IMG/VR virus record: IMGVR_UViG_3300038441_001119
Coordinates: 1-64,000 of that record
Strand: one strand, 5' to 3'
Length of the DNA: 64,000 nucleotides
Part shown: positions 1 through 8,175 of the stretch, one piece after another
How the letters are laid out: every line of letters starts with the position of its first letter
Numbering within the stretch: position 1 is the first letter of the stretch
Program-made: the position numbers and the translations under genes
Notes under the pieces: generated by a model
The model's input: only the letters and a program-made list of their open reading frames with translations
Told to the model about the DNA's origin: nothing
Database searches by the model: none

Positions 1-185
1 TACAGTTGCGTCACACCGGGAGTGCTGGCAGGAGGTTGCCATGCAGGAGTCCTAGGAAGTGGTGGCCTGCGCAGGACACCTGAGGGAGCCTTTGGAGGAC
101 GGACTCTTGAGAGCCACTTGCCGCGATTCACTTTACCAATGGTACCGAACACATTGGCTAGTTTAATGAAATCACTTTTTGTCAT
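1..185 (-). CDS. Hypothetical protein, truncated by window edge (MTKSDFIKLANVFGTIGKVNRGKW...); possible internal virion protein
   Basis: Open frame from ATG at 185 to the edge, 3 nt after the stop of the upstream gene; not in ORF track; N-terminus nearly identical to that of the neighbour. Confidence 0.65.
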   Translation of the reverse strand, partial: MTKSDFIKLANVFGTIGKVNRGKWLSRVRPPKAPSGVLRRPPLPRTPAWQPPASTPGVTQL

Positions 186-188
186 AAA

Positions 189-623
189 TTATCTAACTCT
201 ATGCATGTAGTCTGCCACGTCTAGAGGCGACATATTAGAACCACGGGCGTTGTGACCTATAAGCGAGGTGATGGGGTCATTGAAATCTCCTCCGGGAACT
301 TTCAATGCATCTTGTCTTATAATGTCTCTGTCTTCCTTAAAATGACTTAAGACTCGTTTACGCTCTGCCTTGTAAAAGTCTTGCGACTGTGGGAAAAACT
401 TATTGCCTCTAGCATTGGCTCTTTGTTTCCATAACGATTCCAGTTGGGAATTTCGTATTTTACCCAAAACATCGGACGAGTCGTATGCTCCGGTGTTTAC
501 GTACGTAGGCATCGTGGGCTTTGCTCTTGCAAGAATGTCTCTTCCCTTGATTTTAGGATGTGTCAAAAATTCATGCAGAACCCTGAAACGGTTAGCACGT
601 TTAATGAAAGCACTCTTGGTCAT
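189..623 (-). CDS. Hypothetical basic protein (MTKSAFIKRAN...), possible internal virion protein
   Basis: 144-aa ORF downstream of a sigma70-like promoter. Confidence 0.75.
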   Translation of the reverse strand: MTKSAFIKRANRFRVLHEFLTHPKIKGRDILARAKPTMPTYVNTGAYDSSDVLGKIRNSQLESLWKQRANARGNKFFPQSQDFYKAERKRVLSHFKEDRDIIRQDALKVPGGDFNDPITSLIGHNARGSNMSPLDVADYMHRVR

Positions 624-634
624 AGGAATGAGCT

Positions 635-663
635 ATTGTACACAGAACGAGTCATTCTGTCAC
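635..663 (-). promoter_or_regulatory. sigma70-like promoter GTGACA-17-TACAAT
   Basis: 5/6 and 5/6 consensus match, 17-nt spacer, 11 nt upstream of ATG 623. Confidence 0.6.
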
Positions 664-712
664 TAAACAAGAAGCCCCTAGGTGGTTCGCATCGTTGAGA
701 GGCGTCTAGGGG
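664..712 (-). terminator. Putative terminator of the tRNA operon
   Basis: CCCCTAG/CTAGGGG stem (675-681, 706-712) with a long loop, followed by a T-rich tract. Confidence 0.4.
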
Positions 713-722
713 ACCTATTGAT

Positions 723-797
723 TGGAGTCGAATGTCAGGATTGAACTGACGACAGCTTGGTTGGAAGCCAAGTGCTCTACCTCTGAGCTAATTCGAC
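723..797 (-). tRNA. tRNA-Gly(UCC)
   Basis: Canonical cloverleaf: acceptor GTCGAAT/ATTCGAC, anticodon loop CT-TCC-AA, T-arm GTCAG-TTCAATC-CTGAC, encoded CCA. Confidence 0.93.
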
Positions 798-799
798 AT

Positions 800-871
800 T
801 GGTCGTAGGAGTTGGACTCGAACCAACACGTTCCGCTGATCAGGCAGACGCTCTACTTAAGCAATCCTACA
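800..871 (-). tRNA. Atypical tRNA-Ile(GAU)-like
   Basis: Acceptor TGTAGGA/TCCTACG plus ACCA, T-arm GTTGG-TTCGAGT-CCAAC, anticodon loop CT-GAT-CA; 5-nt D-loop without GG, C at position 37. Confidence 0.7.
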
Positions 872-875
872 AATT

Positions 876-1009
876 GAAATTTCGCTTGTCTTTCCAAGCT
901 GTCAAATCTGTTCCAACCTAGGGAACCACTCTCCTCGGCTTACGCCTGTCATGGATTCGAACCATGTCCTTCGCCAGATCTCGATTAGCGAGCGGGAATC
1001 GAACCCGCC
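876..1009 (-). ncRNA. Candidate structured ncRNA inside the tRNA operon, with two T-arm-like hairpins
   Basis: Hairpins GGCGGG-TTCGATT-CCCGCT, CATGG-TTCGAAT-CCATG, GGC-GTAA-GCC and GCTTG-GAAAGA-CAAGC; no ORF; lies between tRNA genes. Confidence 0.55.
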
Positions 1010-1022
1010 TGAATTTATAAAT

Positions 1023-1111
1023 TGGCAGGACGTGCTGGATTTTTACCAACATCCCCCGGCTTTCAACCGGTAGCACTCGCACCCTCATGGGTCTTTTATG
1101 CCTAACGTCCT
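1023..1111 (-). tRNA. Atypical tRNA-Phe(GAA)-like with expanded D-loop and non-canonical T-loop
   Basis: Acceptor AGGACGT/ACGTCCT plus GCCA; anticodon loop TT-GAA-AG; extra hairpin ACCC-ATGA-GGGT in the D-loop; T-loop TAAAAAT. Confidence 0.7.
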
Positions 1112-1118
1112 ATTTGAT

Positions 1119-1192
1119 TGGTTGCGGAAATGGGATTCGAACCCATGTGCAAGGCTTATGAGACCCTTGAGTGACCACTACTCTATTCCGCG
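1119..1192 (-). tRNA. tRNA-Met(CAU), probably initiator type
   Basis: Cloverleaf with CT-CAT-AA loop, C1-A72 mismatch typical of fMet tRNA, encoded CCA; only two G-C pairs next to the anticodon loop. Confidence 0.88.
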
Positions 1193-1201
1193 TTTGAAAA
1201 T

Positions 1202-1272
1202 TGGCAAGGGAGGGTGGAGTCGAACCACCAACCGAAAGTTTCCCAACTGCTTTACTGTTAAGCTACTCCCCT
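1202..1272 (-). ncRNA. Anticodon-less tRNA-like RNA
   Basis: Acceptor AGGGGAG/CTCCCTT plus GCCA, D-arm GCTT/AAGC, T-arm GGTGG-TTCGACT-CCACC; anticodon arm is AGTT-GGGA-AACT (GNRA tetraloop). Confidence 0.75.
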
Positions 1273-1281
1273 ATGTTTGAT

Positions 1282-1380
1282 TGGCTTTTAAAGTCATCCA
1301 ATCTCAGGACTACTCTCTTCTGGTCCGCCCCAACTAGCCTCAGACCTATTCGGAATGCTTCAAGGGGCGGTAAAAGAGAG
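1282..1380 (-). ncRNA. Candidate ncRNA ending in GCCA, first unit of the tRNA operon
   Basis: Stems CTCTCTT/AAGAGAG and CCGCCCC/GGGGCGG, T-arm-like GTCC-TGAGATT-GGAT, 3' GCCA followed by the same ATCAAA spacer as the tRNAs. Confidence 0.45.
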
Positions 1381-1417
1381 TGAGGGGACCTTAATACAGA
1401 TCCCCTCACGTCGTCAA
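1380..1417 (-). promoter_or_regulatory. Putative tRNA-operon promoter (TTGACG-15-TATTAA) overlapping a 9-bp inverted repeat that may also act as a terminator
   Basis: TTGACG at 1412-1417, TATTAA at 1391-1396; arms GTGAGGGGA/TCCCCTCAC with 12-nt loop; spacer shorter than ideal. Confidence 0.45.
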
Positions 1418-1433
1418 CAGTTTATTTCAAGTT

Positions 1434-1967
1434 TTATACAGAAATCTTAAGGTACCCATTGGAGTCGATATAAACGACGCCGGGACTTGCGGGGTCACTC
1501 GTTGGCAAGTTAGTCAGAAACAAAGAGCCTGCCGTCAAATTAGATGGGCTATCGAGAGCATTCTGCACCCGCACGCCGCCGGATCCATCAGAAACAAGTC
1601 TCCCGTTAGGATTACCGGAATCGAGGAACAGGAATTGTCCATGAACGCTTGCGGTATTGTAGGTGCCTGTGCCATTCACGGTAAGATCCCCATTTATTTG
1701 TACGTCACCATACGAAACAACGGGCGGCTCAGTATCTCCACCAGAGCGATTATAAATGGAGAATACAGTACCTTCCGATTCTCCAATGGAAAATATCGCG
1801 TCATCGAAAGGAATATCACCTTGCAGCAACACAAGAGGAGCTGTCACCTCTCCTGCGCCTCCTTCGTCCAGCTCAGTGGCAACAGCTCCTAGCTTGGTAT
1901 AAAGATCATCAACCTGCCGTGTCGTAGTGCGCGGCTTCTTACCGTCTGTAATATCAGAAAAAGACAT
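1434..1967 (-). CDS. Tail-fibre-like virion protein
   Basis: Gly/Ser/Thr-rich beta-type sequence, C-terminal LPTSDPASPGVVYIDSNGYLKIS motif typical of fibre proteins. Confidence 0.6.
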   Translation of the reverse strand: MSFSDITDGKKPRTTTRQVDDLYTKLGAVATELDEGGAGEVTAPLVLLQGDIPFDDAIFSIGESEGTVFSIYNRSGGDTEPPVVSYGDVQINGDLTVNGTGTYNTASVHGQFLFLDSGNPNGRLVSDGSGGVRVQNALDSPSNLTAGSLFLTNLPTSDPASPGVVYIDSNGYLKISV

Positions 1968-2021
1968 GTGGAATATTTTATATTAGAGCAATCGAGTCTT
2001 CCATCTATTTTTTACCTAGCA

Positions 2022-2369
2022 TTAGGCTGGGAAAGGTGCTGGCGCTGGGGATAAAGCCTCATACTCCGCAAGGGTGTGCTCATTGATCATATTGCTAGCA
2101 ATAGCTGCAACCAGCATTTCTTCATCTGCAGGCAATATGCGCCATGTCTCAGACGAAATCAGGATGTCTCCAGTATCGGTCACAAGGCAGTTCTCAGGTA
2201 ACGGTAGTCCTCGCTCTGTAACTGCTGCTGTGCCTTCTCCAGCAGGGAATCCACGTCTCTCATCAATCTGCAGACACAATGCAGTGTAGATTGGTTCAGG
2301 AGCACTGAAGAATCGACGACCTGTGTCGCGTGCTGATTGCTGTAGAGGTGTGAGTGGTGTTTCGTCCAT
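2022..2369 (-). CDS. Hypothetical protein (possible fibre chaperone)
   Basis: 115-aa acidic ORF 1 nt after the 775-aa gene. Confidence 0.6.
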   Translation of the reverse strand: MDETPLTPLQQSARDTGRRFFSAPEPIYTALCLQIDERRGFPAGEGTAAVTERGLPLPENCLVTDTGDILISSETWRILPADEEMLVAAIASNMINEHTLAEYEALSPAPAPFPA

Positions 2370-2370
2370 A

Positions 2371-4698
2371 TCAGAGTGTGTTCAGGTAATTGTTGATACG
2401 GTCAATGTGGTCCGTGAGGTCTTCAAGGCTAAGAAGCACAGCGGTCACATCGCCAGACATAGGGTTGAGGAATCCAGCAGTGTGAACATACAAAGCACCA
2501 AGACATCCGAATCCAGTAAAAGCATCGACTGTCATCTCTCCAAGAAGAGTTCCGTTTTGGTAGGCGTTTGTCACACCACCCGACCGAATGATGTAGATGT
2601 TACTGGCAGTACTCCGCGCCACAATTCCAGCATACGCGTCAAAGGCGCCACCAATACCACTCACAATCTCACCATTTCCAGTGTTCCAAATACGTAGAAT
2701 CTGTTCATTGGTGATGGTTGGAATGGAGTAATCACTTGCGATAACGGAATCACCTGATGAAGTAAGCCGCACAACAAGAGTGAAGTCTCCGGTAAGGGGG
2801 ATCCTCGTGCTTGTCAGGGCGTCATCAATACCATCAAACCTGACCACAGGCTTGCCGCTCACAAACTTCAGGGTAGAGCGTTTGGTTTCAGTAGTCTGAC
2901 CAAAGATACGCTCCGAATCAGTAAGTTCATCGCTCCATCCTCCAACAGGTGAACCATCAACTGCGGAAGGCACTGTGCATTCGTCATCTTGATATAGACC
3001 TAATGGAACATTGTCACCATTGTGGGTCTGCAGGCGGAGAGCGAGGGGCAGATCGACAAGAGGATCGATAACCGCAAGGATATTGCTCCGCTTTCCATTG
3101 GAATCCCATACGCGCACTTCGTCATCCTCAGTCACTGACAAAGGAATGGTTGTATTGGTAGTAGTGAATGTCGCACCAACGTTGACACCATTGACAGTGA
3201 GTTGATATGGAGGAATACCACCTTGCACCACCAAATCTCCACCTGCAAAGGCTCCTTCTGGTGCATAGATGTAGACATCGCCCAGATACTTGTTTAGGAC
3301 GTAGTTACGAATATCTTCTACAATGACGGGATCAGCGTCATGCGGAACAAGCCATGCTCCAAAGAATCGAATTGCAGCATGCGCCTGACCATCGCCGCCT
3401 AAGTAACGACCGCCTATAGCATAATGGGTCACATTCAGATTCTGGTCCGCAGCTACAGTTCCAATCTCAGTATTGTCTCTCCACAAAGTTATGTCACCGC
3501 CAGATGGCTCAAAGAGCGCCTCAAAGACATGCTTGCCTTGATAACTCGTCGAATCACTGATCCGGAAGTTCCCTCCTTGGTGTGCTGCAATATTGGTTCC
3601 CCCATTATTGCGAATGAGCATGAAATGTCCACCGCTGTAGTCCTCGTATTCACTGCCGCTACCAAAGACACGTGCGTACTGCTGACCTCCATTACCGAGA
3701 ACCTGATAGGCCACAAAAAGTCTGGCTCCAGTAAAGGACGTGTTGTATGTACCTCTGAGCCAGTCATCGAATCCCTCGAAGATGGAGGAAGGGCGACGGA
3801 TGACAAGGGCTGGATTGTTGCCGCTTTTGTTGGCAGTTACTACCTGACCTGTGGAACAAGCGAATGATGTGGCATTGTCGATAACTGCTGTGTCAGTGAA
3901 ATCAGCATCGAGGCGTTTATCTGTGCCATTGAGGGAAGCGAAGACCTGCACATGTTGAGCTGCATAGCGTATAGGGCTGCCGGTACCGCGATCATACGTT
4001 CCAATCTCGAAGTTTTCATCCGAATCAAACAAATTAACACCCGGTTGAACCGTTGCAGCGGAGCCTACCTGCGTCCATGTCGTCCCGTCGATACTTTCAT
4101 AGAATTTCAATTCACCATCGCTAACCTGTCTGGTAACTCTGACCCATCCCGGAACTCCGTCTACTAGAGTAATGTCCGCGTCTGATGCATTGGCAGTAAT
4201 TCCACCAGAACCATCCGGGGACATGTAGAAAACAAGTTTCCTATTGTTGACTGCAAACACAAAGCAGTAGTTAGCTACATACCATTTCGAGAACAGAGCC
4301 ATATTGGCGGACGAGGTGTGCCAAGATGCAGGACAAAGCTTAACCCTGATGTCGATATCTCCTGTAATGGAGTCTTCTGTAAGATTAGGTATACTGAAAT
4401 AGTTCCCAGCTACGCCGGGAAGGTAGCCATATCCTCTATTCTCTGTCAAAGGCAGATAGATAGGTTGGCTACCGCTTGTAGGCTGCGTTGCATTGGATGC
4501 TGTACCTCTGTTGATCGTAGTGTTAATCAAATCAAAGATACCAGCAGATGTACCGCCTGTCTTCAGTACGCCGTAGTCCATCTCCAGCCTTACAATGGGC
4601 TGTATATGATCCCACACAGGACCATCGGAGTACCATTCGAGATACTGAGTCAGGTCCACACTTACAATCGGACCATGTACGCTTCTAGACAGAGACAT
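2371..4698 (-). CDS. Virion spike/fibre protein with LamG/concanavalin-like domains
   Basis: 775 aa, beta-rich, LamG-like motifs (FDGIDD, GDVTAVLL); shares the LRLQTHNGDNVPLGLYQD module with 48201-51455. Confidence 0.7.
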   Translation of the reverse strand: MSLSRSVHGPIVSVDLTQYLEWYSDGPVWDHIQPIVRLEMDYGVLKTGGTSAGIFDLINTTINRGTASNATQPTSGSQPIYLPLTENRGYGYLPGVAGNYFSIPNLTEDSITGDIDIRVKLCPASWHTSSANMALFSKWYVANYCFVFAVNNRKLVFYMSPDGSGGITANASDADITLVDGVPGWVRVTRQVSDGELKFYESIDGTTWTQVGSAATVQPGVNLFDSDENFEIGTYDRGTGSPIRYAAQHVQVFASLNGTDKRLDADFTDTAVIDNATSFACSTGQVVTANKSGNNPALVIRRPSSIFEGFDDWLRGTYNTSFTGARLFVAYQVLGNGGQQYARVFGSGSEYEDYSGGHFMLIRNNGGTNIAAHQGGNFRISDSTSYQGKHVFEALFEPSGGDITLWRDNTEIGTVAADQNLNVTHYAIGGRYLGGDGQAHAAIRFFGAWLVPHDADPVIVEDIRNYVLNKYLGDVYIYAPEGAFAGGDLVVQGGIPPYQLTVNGVNVGATFTTTNTTIPLSVTEDDEVRVWDSNGKRSNILAVIDPLVDLPLALRLQTHNGDNVPLGLYQDDECTVPSAVDGSPVGGWSDELTDSERIFGQTTETKRSTLKFVSGKPVVRFDGIDDALTSTRIPLTGDFTLVVRLTSSGDSVIASDYSIPTITNEQILRIWNTGNGEIVSGIGGAFDAYAGIVARSTASNIYIIRSGGVTNAYQNGTLLGEMTVDAFTGFGCLGALYVHTAGFLNPMSGDVTAVLLSLEDLTDHIDRINNYLNTL

Positions 4699-4720
4699 TC
4701 CCTATATTCTACAACTAGAA

Positions 4721-7700
4721 TTAGAATTTACCAGTCTGATTGATCTTTTCACCAAATCCGACACCGTATCCAAGTCTCGGAGCAAAGTGCTGGTTCTCAG
4801 CGAAGTTGGTCTCAGCCCCACGAACAGCACTGTCTGCCAGCTGTTGCGACAGATACGATGTACTCATGCTTGCAAGCCAGTCCTCGTTGGCATGTGAAGC
4901 AGTACGAAGCCTGTCCATACGTGCAGTGAACGGTGGTTTCTCCTCAGTAGCCTTGAAGTTGGTCACACCATTGTTCTTCAGGTCCTTCAGCATACTCTTG
5001 GTGATCCTTGTACCACTGGTGTGATGCAACACATCGCCTGCAAGATACCCTGAAGGGATTGCGTTGTCCGTGCTGACATCAATGATGCTCTTGGGTTTCC
5101 AAGCTCTTGAAGCCTTGTTGTAACTGATGCTGTCATCAGGCAGGTTATCAAGATCTTCCATCTCTTCATCCAGATTGACAGTGCTCAACGCTCCCTTGGC
5201 AAAGATCTCCAGATTTTTTTTATCTGCTGATAGTCCTGAATCCGCATAGATCTCCTTCAAGCGGTCAACATAGTATCTGCGTGCTTCACCAAGGCCCTTG
5301 TAGTTGACCACATCACGCACATCAACGATACCTTCGCTCAGTGCATCGCCTGCTTCCACTTCATCGCCCTGTTTGACAAGCACTGGATAGCCCTGAGGCA
5401 CATACAGCTCCTTCTCATTGACTTTGACGAAGTGTCCACCTTGCGGGGCTTCACGAACCTCTGTAACAATGCCATCTTCCTCAGCGACAGTGCTCTTGTG
5501 CTGGTACTCACTCGGGGACTGCACAAACTGAGACAGGATCTCGAAGCCACCATAGGTACGCTTCGCCTTACCTTGACCTGCAGTATGCTTCGCACTGTTA
5601 CTGACTATCATTCCATTAGCCAGCACGAACAAGTGATCAGGATTAGCCACCTCGATGTCCCAGCATTGCTTGTACATTGGAATGGTTGCACGCACAGCCT
5701 GAGTAAGACCATACATAGTGACAATCTTACTTGGGAATCCCTGTCCATCATTTCTGAGAGTCCTTGTGATGCGCTCACCAAGCTCAACTTGTTTGCCATC
5801 ATTGTAGACAATCTTCTCATTGAGGAACTTGTGGTTCGCAGTGCACTCCACAGAGAAACTCTTTCCATTCACATTGGCAAAGTCCCATGTTTGTACAGGC
5901 TGTTCCCCCTGATTGAACTTATCGGTAACCTCAACAGGTCCCGTTCTGCCCAACTTGTCTGAACCAAGCACAATGTCACCAATACGGATCTTCTCAATGG
6001 CTTTCTCACTGCCATCCCACATACGCACCATGGTTCCCTCCGCCAAGCAAAGAGCACCTTGGGTCACAGGCTCACTGTTGTGTGTGATGAGCAGTCCCTC
6101 TGTAACAAACAGATGTGATTCGTTGTCCACAGTAATGTCCCATGTAGGAAGATTGCCAGCAGGATTAACTTGCTTCAGAAACGCAATGTCACGAAGACTA
6201 CGAATGGCCTTCAGCTTACGCAGCATCTCATCCAATGCGAACTTCTTCACTCCAAGCATGTATGGCAACAGATATGATCCCAGTCTGAAGATACCATTGG
6301 TATTGCGAGTGCGGATATCCCATTCCTTCACACCTTTCCTGTTGTACTCAGTTTTGAACACACCCGGAATAAGCAGTCGGTTCTTGATGAGCCTGAACAC
6401 GTCGTCTGCAAGCTGTTCGCTGCTGTTGGTGAATTTGATCACCTCTCCCTCTTTACCAATGTAGCCATCAGTTACAATCAAGCCTGCAAGGAATGCACAC
6501 ACAGAAGAATGGTCCCAACGAGAGAACACTTCATCAGGGATATGTTTGTCCTTGCATCTGCTTCCCCACAGACCAAGCTCCGTAGCACGTGTCTTGAGGA
6601 AGTTCTTGTACACTCGTGCATTGGCCCCATTGTTGAGTATGGTGAATGTGCCTTGCTGTGCTTCCAATGCCTTGGGACCGCTCAGTTGCATTCCTTTCTC
6701 TTGGAGATAGTCATTCAACTGGCGAACAAGAATGGGATCATAGCAGGAGAACGTCGCTGAACCACCTGCATCAAACGTACCATCGCCCAGCATTGCTCCA
6801 AGGATGAATGCAAGGTTCTCATGTATGCTGTCTTGTGGTTCCCAATGAGTGGAAGCAACGGTGAGGCCCTTACGGAAACGTGCTCCTTGTTTGTTGATAG
6901 GGACATCCTTCAGTGTGGACTCTTCACTTGTGACCAGCTTGTTGCGGCAGTCGTAAACACTTGCGTGCCACCTGTGATTCTCTGTCGCGACTACCGTCGT
7001 CTCTTTTTCCTGCGAATAAGTCGTAAACACATATTTGTTGCACGATTGGTTGCCTCTATCGTGCACAGCAGTCACCTTCGTCGGGGAGAACGTATTGTTA
7101 TGGTTATATCCCACCACAGTATCCCCAACCTTGATCTCCTCAATGTTCTTCCAAGTACTATCACCCATCAGCACCTTTGTACCCTCTGCAAGACACAAGG
7201 CGTTGGCAGCAGTAATACCCACATGCTCCCCTATCTTGGGAAACCTATGCTCGAACGTCATACCCACACACTTGCTGCACAGACCATCAGCCTTACAACT
7301 CAACGGTGATCTGGCTATGACCTTCTCCACTCCTTGTTTCTTGAGAGCTGCCAATGCCTGTCTGTCCAGCAGAGTACCAGCCTTCATACCACCAGTATCC
7401 CTAGCAAGCACTCTATTACGTACAGTACTGTCATCCACCTCATAGGAGATACCATTGTTTGTATGGCAGTCCTTGTCAGTGATCACAAGGTTGGCTGCAG
7501 TCTGTGAAGCAAGCTTACCGAAGTCACCACCTTTGGCAGTTGCAACCTTGGTGGAGATAACGGATGAACGTGCACCATATGTACCAGCCATGTACTCATA
7601 GGGTCTCAGTCCTTCTGCAAATGAGTTCCTGATGAATACTGGGATAGTCTTACCATTGGCATCCTGATACACACCGGGAGTGGATAGCATAGCCTGTACC

Positions 7701-8137
7701 TGTACTGGCTTACCCCGTGATCCCGATGATACTGCCATACCCAGATTGTTGAACTGGGCTTTGGCTGCACTCATGGTGTCTTTGATGAGAAGATCATTGT
7801 ACTTGTACCAGATGGCTTCCCGCTGTCTGTTGAACTCATCTGGATCATTACGGAAGGTTTTCTTTGCTTCCTTGATCTCAGCATCCATTGCCTTGAAGAT
7901 TACTCCCTTGTCTATGACTGGTACGAGATCCTTCAGTCCGATGGATTCACCTTGTTTGTATGATGCTTCCCTGCCCACTGTTGCGATCTTGTGGGAGATG
8001 TCCTTGTACTTGTCCGGATGTTTCTGGTACAGGGTGACAAGCATATTGTTGATGGACTTGTCATCAAACCCTGTGAGTGAGTCTTTCACATCATCAGGGA
8101 GGAGGGAGCGGATAAGTAATTCTACAGCCTTGGCCAT
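4721..8137 (-). CDS. rpoC: Multisubunit RNA polymerase beta' subunit, C-terminal piece, with two inteins
   Basis: SGSRG, NSFAEGL, bridge helix YGARSSVISTKVATAKGG, Zn site C-x5-C-x2-C, spliced trigger helix GEHVGITAANALSEPVTQGALSAKHTAG; start moved to MAKAV (8137). Confidence 0.92.
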   Translation of the reverse strand: MAKAVELLIRSLLPDDVKDSLTGFDDKSINNMLVTLYQKHPDKYKDISHKIATVGREASYKQGESIGLKDLVPVIDKGVIFKAMDAEIKEAKKTFRNDPDEFNRQREAIWYKYNDLLIKDTMSAAKAQFNNLGMAVSSGSRGKPVQVQAMLSTPGVYQDANGKTIPVFIRNSFAEGLRPYEYMAGTYGARSSVISTKVATAKGGDFGKLASQTAANLVITDKDCHTNNGISYEVDDSTVRNRVLARDTGGMKAGTLLDRQALAALKKQGVEKVIARSPLSCKADGLCSKCVGMTFEHRFPKIGEHVGITAANALCLAEGTKVLMGDSTWKNIEEIKVGDTVVGYNHNNTFSPTKVTAVHDRGNQSCNKYVFTTYSQEKETTVVATENHRWHASVYDCRNKLVTSEESTLKDVPINKQGARFRKGLTVASTHWEPQDSIHENLAFILGAMLGDGTFDAGGSATFSCYDPILVRQLNDYLQEKGMQLSGPKALEAQQGTFTILNNGANARVYKNFLKTRATELGLWGSRCKDKHIPDEVFSRWDHSSVCAFLAGLIVTDGYIGKEGEVIKFTNSSEQLADDVFRLIKNRLLIPGVFKTEYNRKGVKEWDIRTRNTNGIFRLGSYLLPYMLGVKKFALDEMLRKLKAIRSLRDIAFLKQVNPAGNLPTWDITVDNESHLFVTEGLLITHNSEPVTQGALCLAEGTMVRMWDGSEKAIEKIRIGDIVLGSDKLGRTGPVEVTDKFNQGEQPVQTWDFANVNGKSFSVECTANHKFLNEKIVYNDGKQVELGERITRTLRNDGQGFPSKIVTMYGLTQAVRATIPMYKQCWDIEVANPDHLFVLANGMIVSNSAKHTAGQGKAKRTYGGFEILSQFVQSPSEYQHKSTVAEEDGIVTEVREAPQGGHFVKVNEKELYVPQGYPVLVKQGDEVEAGDALSEGIVDVRDVVNYKGLGEARRYYVDRLKEIYADSGLSADKKNLEIFAKGALSTVNLDEEMEDLDNLPDDSISYNKASRAWKPKSIIDVSTDNAIPSGYLAGDVLHHTSGTRITKSMLKDLKNNGVTNFKATEEKPPFTARMDRLRTASHANEDWLASMSTSYLSQQLADSAVRGAETNFAENQHFAPRLGYGVGFGEKINQTGKF
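5597..6049 (-). mobile_element. Mini-intein (151 aa, no endonuclease)
   Basis: Starts CLAEGT, block B ECTANHKF, ends WDIEV..HLFVLANGMIVSN followed by Ser+1. Confidence 0.9.
6077..7195 (-). mobile_element. Intein with LAGLIDADG homing endonuclease (373 aa)
   Basis: Starts CLAEGT, block B ATENHRW, motifs LGAMLGDG and LAGLIVTDG, ends HLFVTEGLLITHN followed by Ser+1. Confidence 0.93.
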
Positions 8138-8175
8138 AGAGGTAGGATAAGGGAAGAGAGGGGGATTTGATAGAT

